In this document: piece after piece, positions 28,217 to 39,574 of the stretch
Numbering within the stretch: the first letter of the stretch is position 1
How the letters are laid out: the number at the start of each line of letters is the position of its first letter
Source: Bacteroidales bacterium
Lineage (GTDB): Bacteria > Bacteroidota > Bacteroidia > Bacteroidales > ML635J-15
Reading direction: 5' to 3'
Assembly (NCBI GenBank): GCA_027858835.1
Contig: JAQIBY010000102.1
Coordinates: 65,918 to 129,917 of the forward strand
DNA: 64,000 nucleotides
Position numbers and translations under genes: made by a program
The notes under the pieces: model-generated
What the model saw: only the letters and a program-made list of their open reading frames with translations
Databases searched by the model: none
What the model was told of the DNA's origin: nothing

Positions 28217-29851
28217 ATGAACAATGCAATTTTTCACTTTGAGTATCCGGACAACGAGCCGATAAATTCTTACGCTCCGGGAACACCTGAAAGAGCTAGC
28301 TTACAAGCTGAATTAAAGCGACTGATGAGCGAAGAACAAGAGATTTGCCCGATTATCGGAGGCAAAGCAATTAAAACTGGTAACACAGCGAAAGTTACCA
28401 TGCCAACCAATCGCAAACACGTATTGGCAACTTATCACAAAGTTACCGAGAAAGAGGTGCAAATGGCAATCGAAGCGTCTCAGAAAGCACACAAAATCTG
28501 GTCGAATATGCCACACACCGAACGTGCTTCAATTATTTTAAAAATTGCAGACCTCATTGCATATCGTTATCGCGATTTATTAAATGCTGCAACAATGCTT
28601 GGACAAGGTAAAAGCCCTATGCAGGCAGAAATTGATTCAGCATGTGAAACCATTGATTTTTTACGTTTCAATGCAAATTACATGAGTCAGATTTACGCTG
28701 ACCAGCCGATGTCATCAGAAGGTGTTATTAACCGCCTGGAATATCGTCCATTAGAAGGTTTTGTTTTTGCAATTACTCCATTTAACTTTACTGCAATTGC
28801 ATCAAACCTGACAATGAGCCCCGTTTTGATGGGCAATGTAACCCTTTGGAAACCTGCCACAACTGCACTTTTGAGCAACTGGTTCTTGATGAAAATATAC
28901 AAAGAAGCAGGATTACCGGATGGTGTTGTTAACTTTCTCCCCGGCTCAGGCAGCCTGATTGGTAAAGAAGTTTTTGAAAGTCCTGATTTTGCAGGAGTAC
29001 ATTTCACAGGATCAACTGCTGTTTTCCAACGTTTCTGGAATACAATTGGACAAAATATCCAAAAATACAAATCATACCCACGTATTGTCGGCGAAACCGG
29101 CGGTAAAGATTTTATTTTCGTTCATAAGTCAGCAAACACTGACGAAGTTGTGACTGCAGCTATTCGTGGTGCTTTCGAATATCAAGGACAAAAATGTTCA
29201 GCAGCTTCACGTATGTATGTGCCAAAATCAATGTGGGCTGACGTGAAAGAAGGCATGGGCAAAATGCTTGCTGAAATTAAAATGGGTTGCGTTACCGATT
29301 TTACGAATTTCCATAATGCGGTAATTAATGAATCATCCTTTGATAATATCATGGGATACATCAAAAAAGCCAATGAAAGCAAAGATGCAGACATCATATT
29401 TGGTGGTAATGGAGACAAATCAGTCGGCTACTTTGTTGAACCAACCGTAATTGAATGCAAAGATCCGCATTTCATTACCATGGAAGAAGAAATTTTCGGC
29501 CCTGTACTTTCAGTTCATGTATATGAAGATGAAAAATATGAAGAAGCACTTGAGCTTTGTGATTCAACTTCACCATACGCATTGACAGGTGCCATCTTTG
29601 GTATTGATCGTGTTGCCGTGAATCTTGCTGTTGACAAATTGCGTTTCGCAGCAGGCAACTTCTATATCAATGACAAACCAACCGGTGCAGTAGTTGGGCA
29701 ACAACCATTTGGCGGTGCTCGTGCATCAGGAACCAACGACAAAGCAGGGTCTTATATGAATCTGATTCGTTGGACAAACATGCGCACAATGAAAGAAGCA
29801 CTTGTTCCGGCTACCGATTATAAATATCCTTTTTTAGAAGCGGATAAATAA
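28217..29851 (+). CDS. pruA: L-glutamate gamma-semialdehyde (1-pyrroline-5-carboxylate) dehydrogenase
   Basis: Aldehyde dehydrogenase family with P5CDH-type N-terminus (FEYPDNEPINSYAPGTPER), catalytic Glu (IVGETGGKD) and Cys (YQGQKCSAASR). The track start 28211 is a GTG; the ATG at 28217 is preferred. Confidence 0.9.
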   Translation: MNNAIFHFEYPDNEPINSYAPGTPERASLQAELKRLMSEEQEICPIIGGKAIKTGNTAKVTMPTNRKHVLATYHKVTEKEVQMAIEASQKAHKIWSNMPHTERASIILKIADLIAYRYRDLLNAATMLGQGKSPMQAEIDSACETIDFLRFNANYMSQIYADQPMSSEGVINRLEYRPLEGFVFAITPFNFTAIASNLTMSPVLMGNVTLWKPATTALLSNWFLMKIYKEAGLPDGVVNFLPGSGSLIGKEVFESPDFAGVHFTGSTAVFQRFWNTIGQNIQKYKSYPRIVGETGGKDFIFVHKSANTDEVVTAAIRGAFEYQGQKCSAASRMYVPKSMWADVKEGMGKMLAEIKMGCVTDFTNFHNAVINESSFDNIMGYIKKANESKDADIIFGGNGDKSVGYFVEPTVIECKDPHFITMEEEIFGPVLSVHVYEDEKYEEALELCDSTSPYALTGAIFGIDRVAVNLAVDKLRFAAGNFYINDKPTGAVVGQQPFGGARASGTNDKAGSYMNLIRWTNMRTMKEALVPATDYKYPFLEADK

Positions 29852-29870
29852 ACAATAAATATCATATGTT

Positions 29871-29903
29871 AAAAAGCGCAAGCCGATTGGTTTGCGCTTT
29901 TTT
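29871..29903 (+). terminator. intrinsic terminator after pruA
   Basis: Stem GCGCAA/TTGCGC (29876-29881/29892-29897), extended by A/T pairs, followed by a T-run 29898-29903. Confidence 0.8.
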
Positions 29904-30137
29904 ATTGGACCCAATTATCACTTTTCGCATAGCATAAATTCCAAAAATTGTGACAATCGATCCTCACCAATGTGTATAACGACTAATTTTCTACATTTAA
30001 CAAATTTTTAAGTTTTATTAAAACAACTCTTTCTCAGCACTTAAGCATTTTTACGGATGCGATATACGCCAATAACCTGATTTTATGCAGGTTTTAAAAT
30101 TTCTAATTTTATATCTTCGAAACATTAAAAAAATGAT

Positions 30138-30608
30138 ATGAAAAAAGGAATTATATTTTTCGCACTTATTAGTATATTTAGCTTTTGGGCTTGTGAAACC
30201 GAAGAAGAAGTGGAGCGAGCATTTGTAAAAGCAAAGGTTTCCGGTGAACCATGGTTTAGTTATGATCCAACTGCAATACTTTCAGACTCACAATTCACAT
30301 TACGAGCCTTGTCACATGATGGTTTAACGATAGAATTCACTGTTGGAGGGTCATTTATTGGTGGATACAATTTAAAAGATACGCTTAAAAACAGAGCGAA
30401 ATTCACGCCAAATTTATCTACGCAAGCAAGGAAATACAGCAGCTACAGGAATTCTCCTGATGGGATCGTCAGAATAACAAATATTGACACAAAAAATCAA
30501 TTGGTCTCTGGAACTTTCTTTTTTAAAGCCTGGCACCCAACAGATCCGATTTATGAATTTATTAGCGATGGAGTTTTCAAACAAGTTCCCTATAGCTATA
30601 CCGATTAA
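30138..30608 (+). CDS. hypothetical lipoprotein
   Basis: Lipoprotein signal (ALISIFSFWAC), 156 aa, beta-rich. Family not recognised with confidence. Confidence 0.5.
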   Translation: MKKGIIFFALISIFSFWACETEEEVERAFVKAKVSGEPWFSYDPTAILSDSQFTLRALSHDGLTIEFTVGGSFIGGYNLKDTLKNRAKFTPNLSTQARKYSSYRNSPDGIVRITNIDTKNQLVSGTFFFKAWHPTDPIYEFISDGVFKQVPYSYTD

Positions 30609-30820
30609 ACATCAAAATGGCGCATACTTTCACTTCGTTCTGTATGCTTGTTTTGCTGTAATACCGGCATAAACCTTCCGAAATGAATTCGGAATAAGAA
30701 TTGGTAGTTTTATAATTTCTTTGTCAATCATTGAAAACACAATTGGTATTACATGCCAGAGCAATAAAAATCTGAAAAATAGAAAATTCCCGTTTTAACG
30801 AAAGTCGATTTTAATAATTA

Positions 30821-33800
30821 TTATTCGGAATCGTATTTTTTCACATTTTCTTTAAGCGAGTCGGATATGAGTTTTTTCAGATACAGAGTTCGTTCCTGTA
30901 TGGCGGTTGCTTTTTCCGGTTTGTACATGTTTTTATACTTTTTCCCAACTAATTCATACGCTAATTTAGCTGGATCTTCTTGATCATTTTTCACTTCCAA
31001 AGCTAAACGAATTGGAGCTAAAGTTTCAATGTGAGCATTATATCGCTTATCTAAATTATAGCGTGCTGAAACAACAGCCTTGTACTTATCCATTTGCAGG
31101 AGAAATGGATACACATCAACTTCTTTTTTGAAAACCGTTAATTGCATATCCATGCTATCAATCACATTTTCGGTTTTATTGTTAAACAAAAGTTTCTTTG
31201 ATATTTCTCCAAAGGTTTCATTATCGAGTAAAACAAGGTCCTTACCTTCAATAGCTAGCGCACCACGGAGTGTTGAATATTTGATCTCATAATTTGATGT
31301 CAGATACATCTCACCCGCAATGTGACATTCTGCTCTTCCTGCAAAGGATTTCAGCATTGGTACAATTGTATCAAGCTCTGGAATGATTTCTAACATTTCC
31401 GAAATATTAACATCAAGAAAATGTAAATCCACTCCGGTATATAAATGGTTTCTACGTTCGGGACGATAAATTGCTGTTAATAATATTCGCCCAGCATCAT
31501 TCGTGAAGCCCATTTCTTGAAGCACCAGAGTACCATCTTTACAAACTAGGGTGCCGCCTAAATCGTTTAACTGAGAGTTGTTTATGTATGATTTTTCTAT
31601 ATTTGCATTAAATGTAATGTCAATTCCTTTGGGAACCATAAACGGTTCTGCATCATCCTCAGAAGCTGCTGCTTCGGTCATTTCAGCATCCGGTATTTGT
31701 GCTTCTGTTGTGGTCGTATCTTTTGAACCCAAGCCATCAACCAACTCCATCAATTGATCGATATCTGCTTCTTCCGAAATAAAATCTAAATTCCCCGTAA
31801 GTAATCCTTCATCTCTAAAATAATTGTCAAAGTTTTTAATGCTGCCTTTTAAGTTGAAATCTGATGCTCCGATTTCAATCCGACTGTTTTCAATATAAAA
31901 CTCCTCAGGTGTAAAATCGAACTTAATTTGAGGGATGTTCACATCATACAGTAAATCGGCAAGATGAATTTTACCATTGTTAAAATCAACATTTACATTT
32001 GGACTCCATTGTAAAAGCGGATTTTCTTGTGTCGTATCCTGAGTAGCATTTGCTAAGACAGTAATAAACTCTGTATTTATGGATGCGTATTCACCAATAA
32101 TCGCATTCAATCCATTGCTTTGATATGACAAGTTTAAGAATACATTTTCCTTATTTTCGGGGATATAATAGTTAGCAAAACCTTTAGGCATAATAATTTC
32201 AGCCTTTACAGTATCCATCTCGGCAAAGAGTTTGTCAAATGCAAAAATCACTCCCATTGATGGTTGAATGCTTGTATCCATTACATTCGACAAACCCAAT
32301 GTCAAATCAGCCGAAGTCGCCTTGGCAATCATATTTACACTATCAATGATTTTTATGTTTAATTCTGGGCTAACTAGCGTGGCCTGAATGAGTTCCTTAA
32401 ATGCATTATTGTTTGCCATATTGGGACTCGGAAGTTGATATCCAAGCGACAGATACGGAGACTCTACGTAAATACTATCTTGGTAAATTGCATTTAAACC
32501 CGTAAAATTAAAGGTCCCTTTCGACTTAATTTTATTTAAATCTGTATTTACTAAATCATCGAGGGTTGCATTGATTTTAAAATTACAATCTGCAATTCCC
32601 GACATCTCAACATTTAAACTGTCCGGCAAAAATGATTTTATTTCTTGAAGATTAATATTCGCAATTAGTGAAAGATCGCAAAGTTGTGATTGCATCGCAT
32701 CTTTTATTGAACCACTGCATTTTAATGCATTGTTGTTTAGAATTGTACTCAGATTGTTTATGATTACATCTGCTTTATCAGTATTTGTATTCAGGTCAAG
32801 ATTGATATCGGCATTTGTATTCGCAAATGTGTATGGCAGGTCTGCATAGGTGCCATTAAGGTTACTTACTTTCAGGTTTGTGTTTATTATGGGCATTGCC
32901 GTGTCATTATAAAACCCGTTTGCTCTTCCTGAAATCTGAATATCGCCATCAAACTTTACTTCAGATACCAAATGCTGATAATCTTCCGGAATCAAAGCAA
33001 ATATTTCATCTAGGCCCCAGCTTTCAGTGATGAGTTTCATGTCCATTTCGATGTCACTGTTAGTGCCTCGTTTTGCCCATCCATCAAGGACAAATTCCAG
33101 TGTATTAATTGCCAGCTCGGTTTTTGTTAATGTGATGCTTTCATCATCCATATCAATGGACAAAGGCGCATTCAAACGCACATTTGTTGAGTCGAGATAT
33201 GCCGTATCGTTTGTTGAAAATGAGATTGATTTTATTTCGGTATTTACGAGGCCTTCAAGCATGTTGTCCGCAATGCTGCCATCCACGAAAAATGAGAAAT
33301 CATCAATGTTTGCAGCCATCTGTGAGCTGTCATTTACAAGGTATTGTACATTGTCAATGTCGAGCTTGATTTTGGCATTTCCGGATGCTTTCTTGTATTT
33401 TGCGCTAATTGAAAAATTAAGATTCGTAACCTCTGCTTTTGTTTTGCTTTGTTCATCAATATAATTCGCTTTTAAATTTTCTATTTTGATTTTTTGTAGA
33501 TCAATCAAATCTGGCAGTTCCGAACTTGTATTTTCTTCCTCTTCTTCTTCATCTGTTGCTTGATAGATATCATAATTGGCGTTTCCCAAACTATCGACAT
33601 ACACATTCGCAGAACCATTTTTCAAGTAGATTTCATTCAGTACAACAGACTTGTTTTTACGCCATTCTTTATGATCAATTGTTGCAATAAAATCATCAAA
33701 ATGTGCCAGTGTATCAGATTGAGCCCCCTTTACGGGATTGATTAATGTAAAATTCTCAACATGAAGCCCAAGTTTGGGAAAGGTTTTAAAAAATGTGACA

Positions 33801-33973
33801 TCAACGGCTCCTACCCTAACTTCACAGTTTAACAATTTGTTTGCCTGATTGGTAACAATGGGCGTGAGTCTTGCTGGGGTTAACACGAACCAAATTGTGA
33901 TTACAACACCAACTATAATTAATAGTAGCATTGCTATCATTGACTTCTTCAGAATTTTGAGCGTTTTTTTCAT
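30821..33973 (-). CDS. AsmA-family / TamB-like large envelope protein
   Basis: Single N-terminal TM anchor followed by about 1000 aa of repetitive beta-rich sequence. N-terminus is typical of AsmA-like proteins (LTPARLTPIVTNQANKLLNCEVRVGAVDVTFFKTFPKLGLHVENF). Confidence 0.7.
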   Translation of the reverse strand: MKKTLKILKKSMIAMLLLIIVGVVITIWFVLTPARLTPIVTNQANKLLNCEVRVGAVDVTFFKTFPKLGLHVENFTLINPVKGAQSDTLAHFDDFIATIDHKEWRKNKSVVLNEIYLKNGSANVYVDSLGNANYDIYQATDEEEEEENTSSELPDLIDLQKIKIENLKANYIDEQSKTKAEVTNLNFSISAKYKKASGNAKIKLDIDNVQYLVNDSSQMAANIDDFSFFVDGSIADNMLEGLVNTEIKSISFSTNDTAYLDSTNVRLNAPLSIDMDDESITLTKTELAINTLEFVLDGWAKRGTNSDIEMDMKLITESWGLDEIFALIPEDYQHLVSEVKFDGDIQISGRANGFYNDTAMPIINTNLKVSNLNGTYADLPYTFANTNADINLDLNTNTDKADVIINNLSTILNNNALKCSGSIKDAMQSQLCDLSLIANINLQEIKSFLPDSLNVEMSGIADCNFKINATLDDLVNTDLNKIKSKGTFNFTGLNAIYQDSIYVESPYLSLGYQLPSPNMANNNAFKELIQATLVSPELNIKIIDSVNMIAKATSADLTLGLSNVMDTSIQPSMGVIFAFDKLFAEMDTVKAEIIMPKGFANYYIPENKENVFLNLSYQSNGLNAIIGEYASINTEFITVLANATQDTTQENPLLQWSPNVNVDFNNGKIHLADLLYDVNIPQIKFDFTPEEFYIENSRIEIGASDFNLKGSIKNFDNYFRDEGLLTGNLDFISEEADIDQLMELVDGLGSKDTTTTEAQIPDAEMTEAAASEDDAEPFMVPKGIDITFNANIEKSYINNSQLNDLGGTLVCKDGTLVLQEMGFTNDAGRILLTAIYRPERRNHLYTGVDLHFLDVNISEMLEIIPELDTIVPMLKSFAGRAECHIAGEMYLTSNYEIKYSTLRGALAIEGKDLVLLDNETFGEISKKLLFNNKTENVIDSMDMQLTVFKKEVDVYPFLLQMDKYKAVVSARYNLDKRYNAHIETLAPIRLALEVKNDQEDPAKLAYELVGKKYKNMYKPEKATAIQERTLYLKKLISDSLKENVKKYDSE

Positions 33974-34026
33974 GCTTAATTCGTGTTAATCACAAAAACT
34001 TATACAGAGAAAAATAGCGATCTAAA

Positions 34027-34410
34027 TCATTCTTGAACTTTTGTAAAGCTGTGCATTGTTCCGTAATCATCTTGATAAGAAAAATAGTCCACACTAAGCT
34101 CTGTAACAGTATAAGTTTTAGGAATGTTACCTCCGATTTCCATAATATGTATTTGGACTAGTTGGTCCTCATCTAAGCTCCAGGTAAAATCTTGTGCTTC
34201 TTCTTCTGAGACATCATCTGCAGTATCCCAAGTATAACCGGTATAATCAGCATTATATCGCTCATAAACAGTTCCTTCAACCCATTTGCCAATAACTAAT
34301 GTTTCATCAAAAGAGATGGGCTCATCTGGCTCACAAGAAACGAAAAAGGATAAACCAATAATGGACAAAATGACAACAGCTACTTTAACTAAAGTTTTAT
34401 TCATATTCAT
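34027..34410 (-). CDS. hypothetical small lipoprotein
   Basis: Lipoprotein signal (GLSFFVSC), 127 aa, acidic. Confidence 0.5.
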   Translation of the reverse strand: MNMNKTLVKVAVVILSIIGLSFFVSCEPDEPISFDETLVIGKWVEGTVYERYNADYTGYTWDTADDVSEEEAQDFTWSLDEDQLVQIHIMEIGGNIPKTYTVTELSVDYFSYQDDYGTMHSFTKVQE

Positions 34411-34628
34411 AAGACAAAAAAATTAATGTTTTTTTATTCAACTCACCAAATTACAAAAATAATACCAATTCTGTCCTAAAAATAAAATTTTATTTTCATG
34501 ATTGCGTATTAATTTTTCTATGACACTCAATTTATCCGAAATTTTAGTGCACATATTCGGCTTTAACTAAGTCTTTATATATTGTATTTTTAAGAAATAA
34601 CAATTTAAGGAATCCCAGAATATGTCTA

Positions 34629-35618
34629 TTAATTAGCGTGAGTGCGATGACGTAAAAGACTATCTTCCATTGCCATAACCAAAATTTCACGTTCAGTCAT
34701 TCCAATGCTTCTGACTTGTTTAGGGACAATGCTGTTTGGGCTTAATCCTGGAATGGTATTAAGTTCAAGAAAAAACGGAATTTCATTTTTAATAATAAAA
34801 TCGACACGTACCAAGCCCTTGCATCCGGTTAAGTCATAAATCCGTGAAGTTAATTTCTGAACTGCTTTTGTTTCATCTTCAGAGATTCGAGCAGGTGTAA
34901 TTTCATCGGTTAATTCGGGATCATATTTTGCATCGTAATCAAAAAAATCACGTTTTGTATCAATCTCTGTCACCGGAAGCACCAAATCTTTATCACGAGT
35001 TTTTATTACCCCGCAGGAAACTTCAACACCTTTGATGAACTCCTCAATAATTACTTGCACATCTTCTGTATAAGCATGATGAATTGCCGCCTCAAGTGAT
35101 TTTTTCTCATACACTTTTGTCACTCCAAAGCTGGATCCGGCAGTATTTGGCTTAACAAAAACCGGCAAACCCAATTTGGCCACAATTTCATCTGCATTTA
35201 TTGTATCGCCCTTGCGGATAATACATTGTGCCGCCATTGGGACATCTAGATTGGACAAAAACTGTTTACAGCGAATTTTATCGTAAGTAAGCGCAGATGC
35301 CAACACGCCGGGGGATGAATAGGGAATATTCATCACATCAAAATATCCTTGCAAAAGTCCGTCCTCGCCTTGTTTTCCATGAATTGCGATAACAACATAA
35401 TCAAAGCTCAGTTTTTGTCCGGCTAAACCCAGGCTAAAATCATTTTTATCGATGGAAATTGCTTGTCCTGAAATGTCATATATCCACTGACTTCCATTGA
35501 CATCAATGGTAAAACAATCATGTCCGGCATCACTTAATTTTTGACTAATATTTGCAGCGGTTTGCAAACTAATTACACGTTCTGACGAAGGCCCTCCGGC
35601 CAAAATTGCAATATTCAT
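34629..35618 (-). CDS. ddl: D-alanine--D-alanine ligase
   Basis: ATP-grasp Ddl pattern (IAILAGGPSSERVISL, HGKQGEDGLLQGYF, FVKPNTAGSSFGVTKV, LELNTIPGLSPNSI). Confidence 0.92.
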   Translation of the reverse strand: MNIAILAGGPSSERVISLQTAANISQKLSDAGHDCFTIDVNGSQWIYDISGQAISIDKNDFSLGLAGQKLSFDYVVIAIHGKQGEDGLLQGYFDVMNIPYSSPGVLASALTYDKIRCKQFLSNLDVPMAAQCIIRKGDTINADEIVAKLGLPVFVKPNTAGSSFGVTKVYEKKSLEAAIHHAYTEDVQVIIEEFIKGVEVSCGVIKTRDKDLVLPVTEIDTKRDFFDYDAKYDPELTDEITPARISEDETKAVQKLTSRIYDLTGCKGLVRVDFIIKNEIPFFLELNTIPGLSPNSIVPKQVRSIGMTEREILVMAMEDSLLRHRTHAN

Positions 35619-35622
35619 GAGT

Positions 35623-37173
35623 TTAGTTTTTTTTACGGATCTTTAATTTCTGTCCCACTTTTAGTGATGAAGCACTTTTTATTCCGTTAAGAGTTAGAAT
35701 ATCATTCGCATTGATTCCCGGGTATTTTTGTGCAATAATCCAAGGATTATCACCACTTCGGACGGTATAGTATTCATAATTCGGATCTAAAGGTTCTGGC
35801 AGTGCTTTACCGGTTTCAGGATGAACACCTTCGCGCTTTTGTTTTGCAGCCTTACTCATTTTATCAACCATTTCATAAGATGCAGCTTTTGCTGCAGGAA
35901 CATAAATGGTCAATTTTGCACCTGCTCGTATAGTGTTAGAATACAGACCATTCCAAGCTTTTAATTCTGAAAGCCCAACATCATACCAGCTTGCAATCAA
36001 ACCAATGGCATCACCGGGTTTTATTGTATATGTAAGGGATTTTGTTCCGGCAGGCTGACTTGCAGCTGGGTAGGTTCCTGCTGATGAAGCTGTCGGACTA
36101 TAAGCAATTTTTGCAGGATTCAGATAAATGGAATCCTTATAAAGATGTATGCTGTCTTCGATTTGCACAAAATCAGCAATTATTTCAACCGGTAAAATTA
36201 AATGTCGGGTTTTGTTTTTTGCCGGAATTAAATCCCGTTTATACTGCGGATTAAGAAAGCGCAAATCTTCTTTGCTGATATTCACACAAGCAGCAATTTG
36301 GTCAAAATGCATGTCATGATTGATATGTACCGTGTCAACCAATCCGAATAAATCAATTTCTTCAGCAACAAAGCCATGTTGATCGTAATACTCAAAAATA
36401 TAATTTACAGTAATAAACGCCGGCACATAATTTCTGGTTTCCCGTGGCAAATAATGATAAATATCCCAAAAATTGTCTTTTCCCCCGGCTCTGATTATTG
36501 CCCGATTGACATTCCCCGGGCCACAGTTGTAAGCAGCCAAAACCAACATCCAATCATCATAAACACCATACAATGATTGCAAAAACTGACAGGCCGCATG
36601 TGTACTGGCGATAGGATCTCGGCGTTCATCAACATAGGAATTGATCTCCAGCCCTTGCATTTTTCCGGTAGCATACATAAATTGCCACAATCCGGTTGCA
36701 CCAACTCGTGAAACGGCTTCAGGATTCAGGGCAGATTCAATAACAGCAAGATATTTCAACTCATAAGGCAATCCATATTGATCAAAAATCTCCTCAAACA
36801 TTGGGAAATAGTAACTAGAAAGTGCAAGTAAGCGAGGAATTTGTCGATATGCACGTTTAATGTAGAAATCGAGATTACGCCGAACCTGGTCATTATAGGA
36901 CAATTCCACCGGTGAGTGAATGGCAGCAATGCGTTCGCGATATATCGAATCCGGCAATTCACGAATGATACTATCTCTATGGATTTCCCCGTAAACCAAT
37001 GTATCCGGGCGATAATAAAAATGGATATTAACTAATGAATCAACCCGATCCACCCAATTGACAAACTCAACATCAATCATGGGCTGAGAGTCTTGGTCTG
37101 CAACTTTATCAGCTTGAGAAAAACTCGTTCCAAAACAAGCTAAGAATATGATGAAAAAAATATGTCGTTTCAT
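35623..37173 (-). CDS. mltD: membrane-bound lytic murein transglycosylase D-like (SLT domain + LysM repeats)
   Basis: SLT catalytic region (AVIESALNPEAVSRVGATGLWQFM ... AAYNCGPGNV) and C-terminal LysM repeats (YTIKPGDAIGLIASWY, YTVRSGDNPWIIAQKY). Confidence 0.85.
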   Translation of the reverse strand: MKRHIFFIIFLACFGTSFSQADKVADQDSQPMIDVEFVNWVDRVDSLVNIHFYYRPDTLVYGEIHRDSIIRELPDSIYRERIAAIHSPVELSYNDQVRRNLDFYIKRAYRQIPRLLALSSYYFPMFEEIFDQYGLPYELKYLAVIESALNPEAVSRVGATGLWQFMYATGKMQGLEINSYVDERRDPIASTHAACQFLQSLYGVYDDWMLVLAAYNCGPGNVNRAIIRAGGKDNFWDIYHYLPRETRNYVPAFITVNYIFEYYDQHGFVAEEIDLFGLVDTVHINHDMHFDQIAACVNISKEDLRFLNPQYKRDLIPAKNKTRHLILPVEIIADFVQIEDSIHLYKDSIYLNPAKIAYSPTASSAGTYPAASQPAGTKSLTYTIKPGDAIGLIASWYDVGLSELKAWNGLYSNTIRAGAKLTIYVPAAKAASYEMVDKMSKAAKQKREGVHPETGKALPEPLDPNYEYYTVRSGDNPWIIAQKYPGINANDILTLNGIKSASSLKVGQKLKIRKKN

Positions 37174-37175
37174 AA

Positions 37176-37742
37176 TTAAAATTTCAAACTAAGGGTAAAT
37201 CCGATACTTTGTTGTGCCGTGGCAAATGGTGTTCCCGGCTGGCTAATACTTAAACTTATGTCATCACTTACATCAAAATCAGACAAAGCAGCATCCACAT
37301 TCGCATCCACAATTTGGATGACATAGAAAAGCGTTGCTCCGATGATATTCAAATCCCGAAAACGGCGATATCTATCCATTTCGTTTATGAGCGCCTCTGC
37401 TGTCAGGATATCATAAAATTCATCAATACCACCATCCTGTCTCAGCAAATATGCATCTTTAAAGCGCATAAATTTAGATTGATTGTCAATTGCCATGTAA
37501 GCAAATGTTCCCATTCCAGCCCAAACGATTGGAGCTTTCCAAAGTTTCCCGTTATAAATCTGACCGGCACCTGGCAAAATTGCAGAATATAAACTAGCTC
37601 TTCTCGGCGATTTCACCGTTTTCTCTTTCAGCACAACACTTTCGCTTGTCTCGTCCTCATTATCATATTGTGCATAAAGTGATTGAGAAGCAAACGCCAG
37701 TATTGCCAATATGGCTATAAGATATGACAATCGACTCAGCAT
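37176..37742 (-). CDS. DUF5683-domain protein
   Basis: Motif SAILPGAGQIYNGKLWKAPIVW, and the conserved position downstream of parB seen in Bacteroidota. Confidence 0.7.
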   Translation of the reverse strand: MLSRLSYLIAILAILAFASQSLYAQYDNEDETSESVVLKEKTVKSPRRASLYSAILPGAGQIYNGKLWKAPIVWAGMGTFAYMAIDNQSKFMRFKDAYLLRQDGGIDEFYDILTAEALINEMDRYRRFRDLNIIGATLFYVIQIVDANVDAALSDFDVSDDISLSISQPGTPFATAQQSIGFTLSLKF

Positions 37743-37745
37743 ATG

Positions 37746-38630
37746 CTACTTATCGAGTTTGTCAAGGGCAGCTATAATTCGCTCTAATTGCTCGTCATTT
37801 CCAAATGGAATAACAATTTTCCCTTTTCCTTTTGTATTTCGGGCAAATTTCACATCGGTATGGAAATAATCTGACAAATGTTTTTGCAGACTTTCATATT
37901 CCTCAGCTGTCTTTTTAACAGGCTTGGTTTTTTCTGCAGTTGTTTGATTTTTCTTTTCCTCAAGATTCAATTCTCGAACAAACTCTTCTACTTTGCGAAC
38001 AGAAAAATCATATTTCAGCGTTTGATTGTAAACCATAAGACGAGTTTCCTCATCTTTAAGATTTATCAAAGCCCTTGCATGCCCCATACTGATTTTCTTT
38101 TCACGAATTCCGAGCTGTACTTCAGGTGGCAAATTTAACAATCTCAAATAATTTGCAACTGTAGAACGCTTCTTGCCAACGCGCTCACTGAGTGTTTCCT
38201 GAGTGAGCTTACATTCATCCATTAATCGTTGGTATGAAATAGCGATTTCCATGGCGTCAAGATTCTCACGCTGGATATTTTCAACTAGCGCCATTTCAAG
38301 TAATCCCTGATCATCAGCAGTTCTTACGTATGCAGGAATTTTTTTCAGTCCCGCTATTTTTGCAGCTCGCAAGCGACGCTCACCAGAAATTAATTGAAAC
38401 TTATCGTCTTTTATGCTAACTGTAATCGGCTGAATAATACCTAACTCGCGAATTGAATCTGCCAATTCGGCAAGTGCTTCTTCATCAAATTCGGTGCGGG
38501 GTTGAAAAGGATTTGCTTCAATAATTTCCAAAGGAATTTCATTAACAGCATCCCGTCTTATTCTTCCGTCGTTATCGTCAGTTTCAATCAGGGCGCCTAA
38601 ACCACGTCCAAGTGCATTGCGTTTTGCCAT
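37746..38630 (-). CDS. parB: chromosome partitioning protein ParB
   Basis: GRGLGALI, NPFQPR, ParB box (GLLEMALVENIQRENL), and an HTH region. Confidence 0.95.
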   Translation of the reverse strand: MAKRNALGRGLGALIETDDNDGRIRRDAVNEIPLEIIEANPFQPRTEFDEEALAELADSIRELGIIQPITVSIKDDKFQLISGERRLRAAKIAGLKKIPAYVRTADDQGLLEMALVENIQRENLDAMEIAISYQRLMDECKLTQETLSERVGKKRSTVANYLRLLNLPPEVQLGIREKKISMGHARALINLKDEETRLMVYNQTLKYDFSVRKVEEFVRELNLEEKKNQTTAEKTKPVKKTAEEYESLQKHLSDYFHTDVKFARNTKGKGKIVIPFGNDEQLERIIAALDKLDK

Positions 38631-38633
38631 TGT

Positions 38634-39431
38634 TTATAGTGTTTTTTCCGAATCCGGAATATTTGTCAACTTATTTCTTTGCAATAATTCTCGTGCCAAT
38701 GCCAAATAGTTATTCGCACCCTTAGAATTTGCATCATAACTTAAAATCGATTGTCCGAAAGAGGGTGCTTCTCCCAGTTTAATATTTCTGACAATGATGG
38801 TATCAAAAACCATATCTTCAAAATGTTTTTTCACCTCATCAACAATTTGATGTGAAAGGTTATTTCGTTTATCATACATGGTCAGCAGGAAGCCTTCAAT
38901 ATCAAGATCTTTATTAAGATTTGACTGTACAATACGGATTGTATTCAACAATTTCCCCAGCCCTTCAAGTGCGAAATATTCACATTGCACAGGAATCAAA
39001 ACAGAATCTGCAGCGGTTAGTGCATTGACAGTGATCAAGCCCAAGGACGGAGAACAATCCAAGATGACAAATTCATATTGATCAACAACTTGTTGCAACA
39101 TCAGCCCCATAATTTTCTCACGGTTTGGAATATCCAGCATTTCAATTTCAGCACCAACTAGGTCGATATGACTTGGTAACAGATCCAGATGTTCCACCTC
39201 TGAGCTTAATATGATATTTGTAGGTTCTTCCTGTTTAACCAACATTTCATACAAACCGGCTCTGATATTTTTCACATCAAAACCCAAACCACTTGTTGAG
39301 TTTGCCTGCGGATCAGCATCTACAAGCAATACTTTATATTCTAATGCAGCTAAGCTAGCAGCTAAATTAATCGCTGTCGTGGTTTTTCCGACTCCTCCTT
39401 TTTGATTTGCAATTGCAATTATTTTTCCCAT
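38634..39431 (-). CDS. parA: chromosome partitioning ATPase ParA/Soj
   Basis: Deviant Walker A (NQKGGVGKTTTAINLA), LLVDADPQANST, ILDCSPSLG. Confidence 0.95.
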   Translation of the reverse strand: MGKIIAIANQKGGVGKTTTAINLAASLAALEYKVLLVDADPQANSTSGLGFDVKNIRAGLYEMLVKQEEPTNIILSSEVEHLDLLPSHIDLVGAEIEMLDIPNREKIMGLMLQQVVDQYEFVILDCSPSLGLITVNALTAADSVLIPVQCEYFALEGLGKLLNTIRIVQSNLNKDLDIEGFLLTMYDKRNNLSHQIVDEVKKHFEDMVFDTIIVRNIKLGEAPSFGQSILSYDANSKGANNYLALARELLQRNKLTNIPDSEKTL

Positions 39432-39574
39432 AATAAAACGTATCCTTTCCGTTTCCCAAAAATAACATTATTCCCTTAAATATGAACACAATTTTCAGGC
39501 ATTCTATTAACAACTGTTCAAAATTAAATAATGTATAATTTAAGAAACCACACAGATTTCAACAAATCAGAACA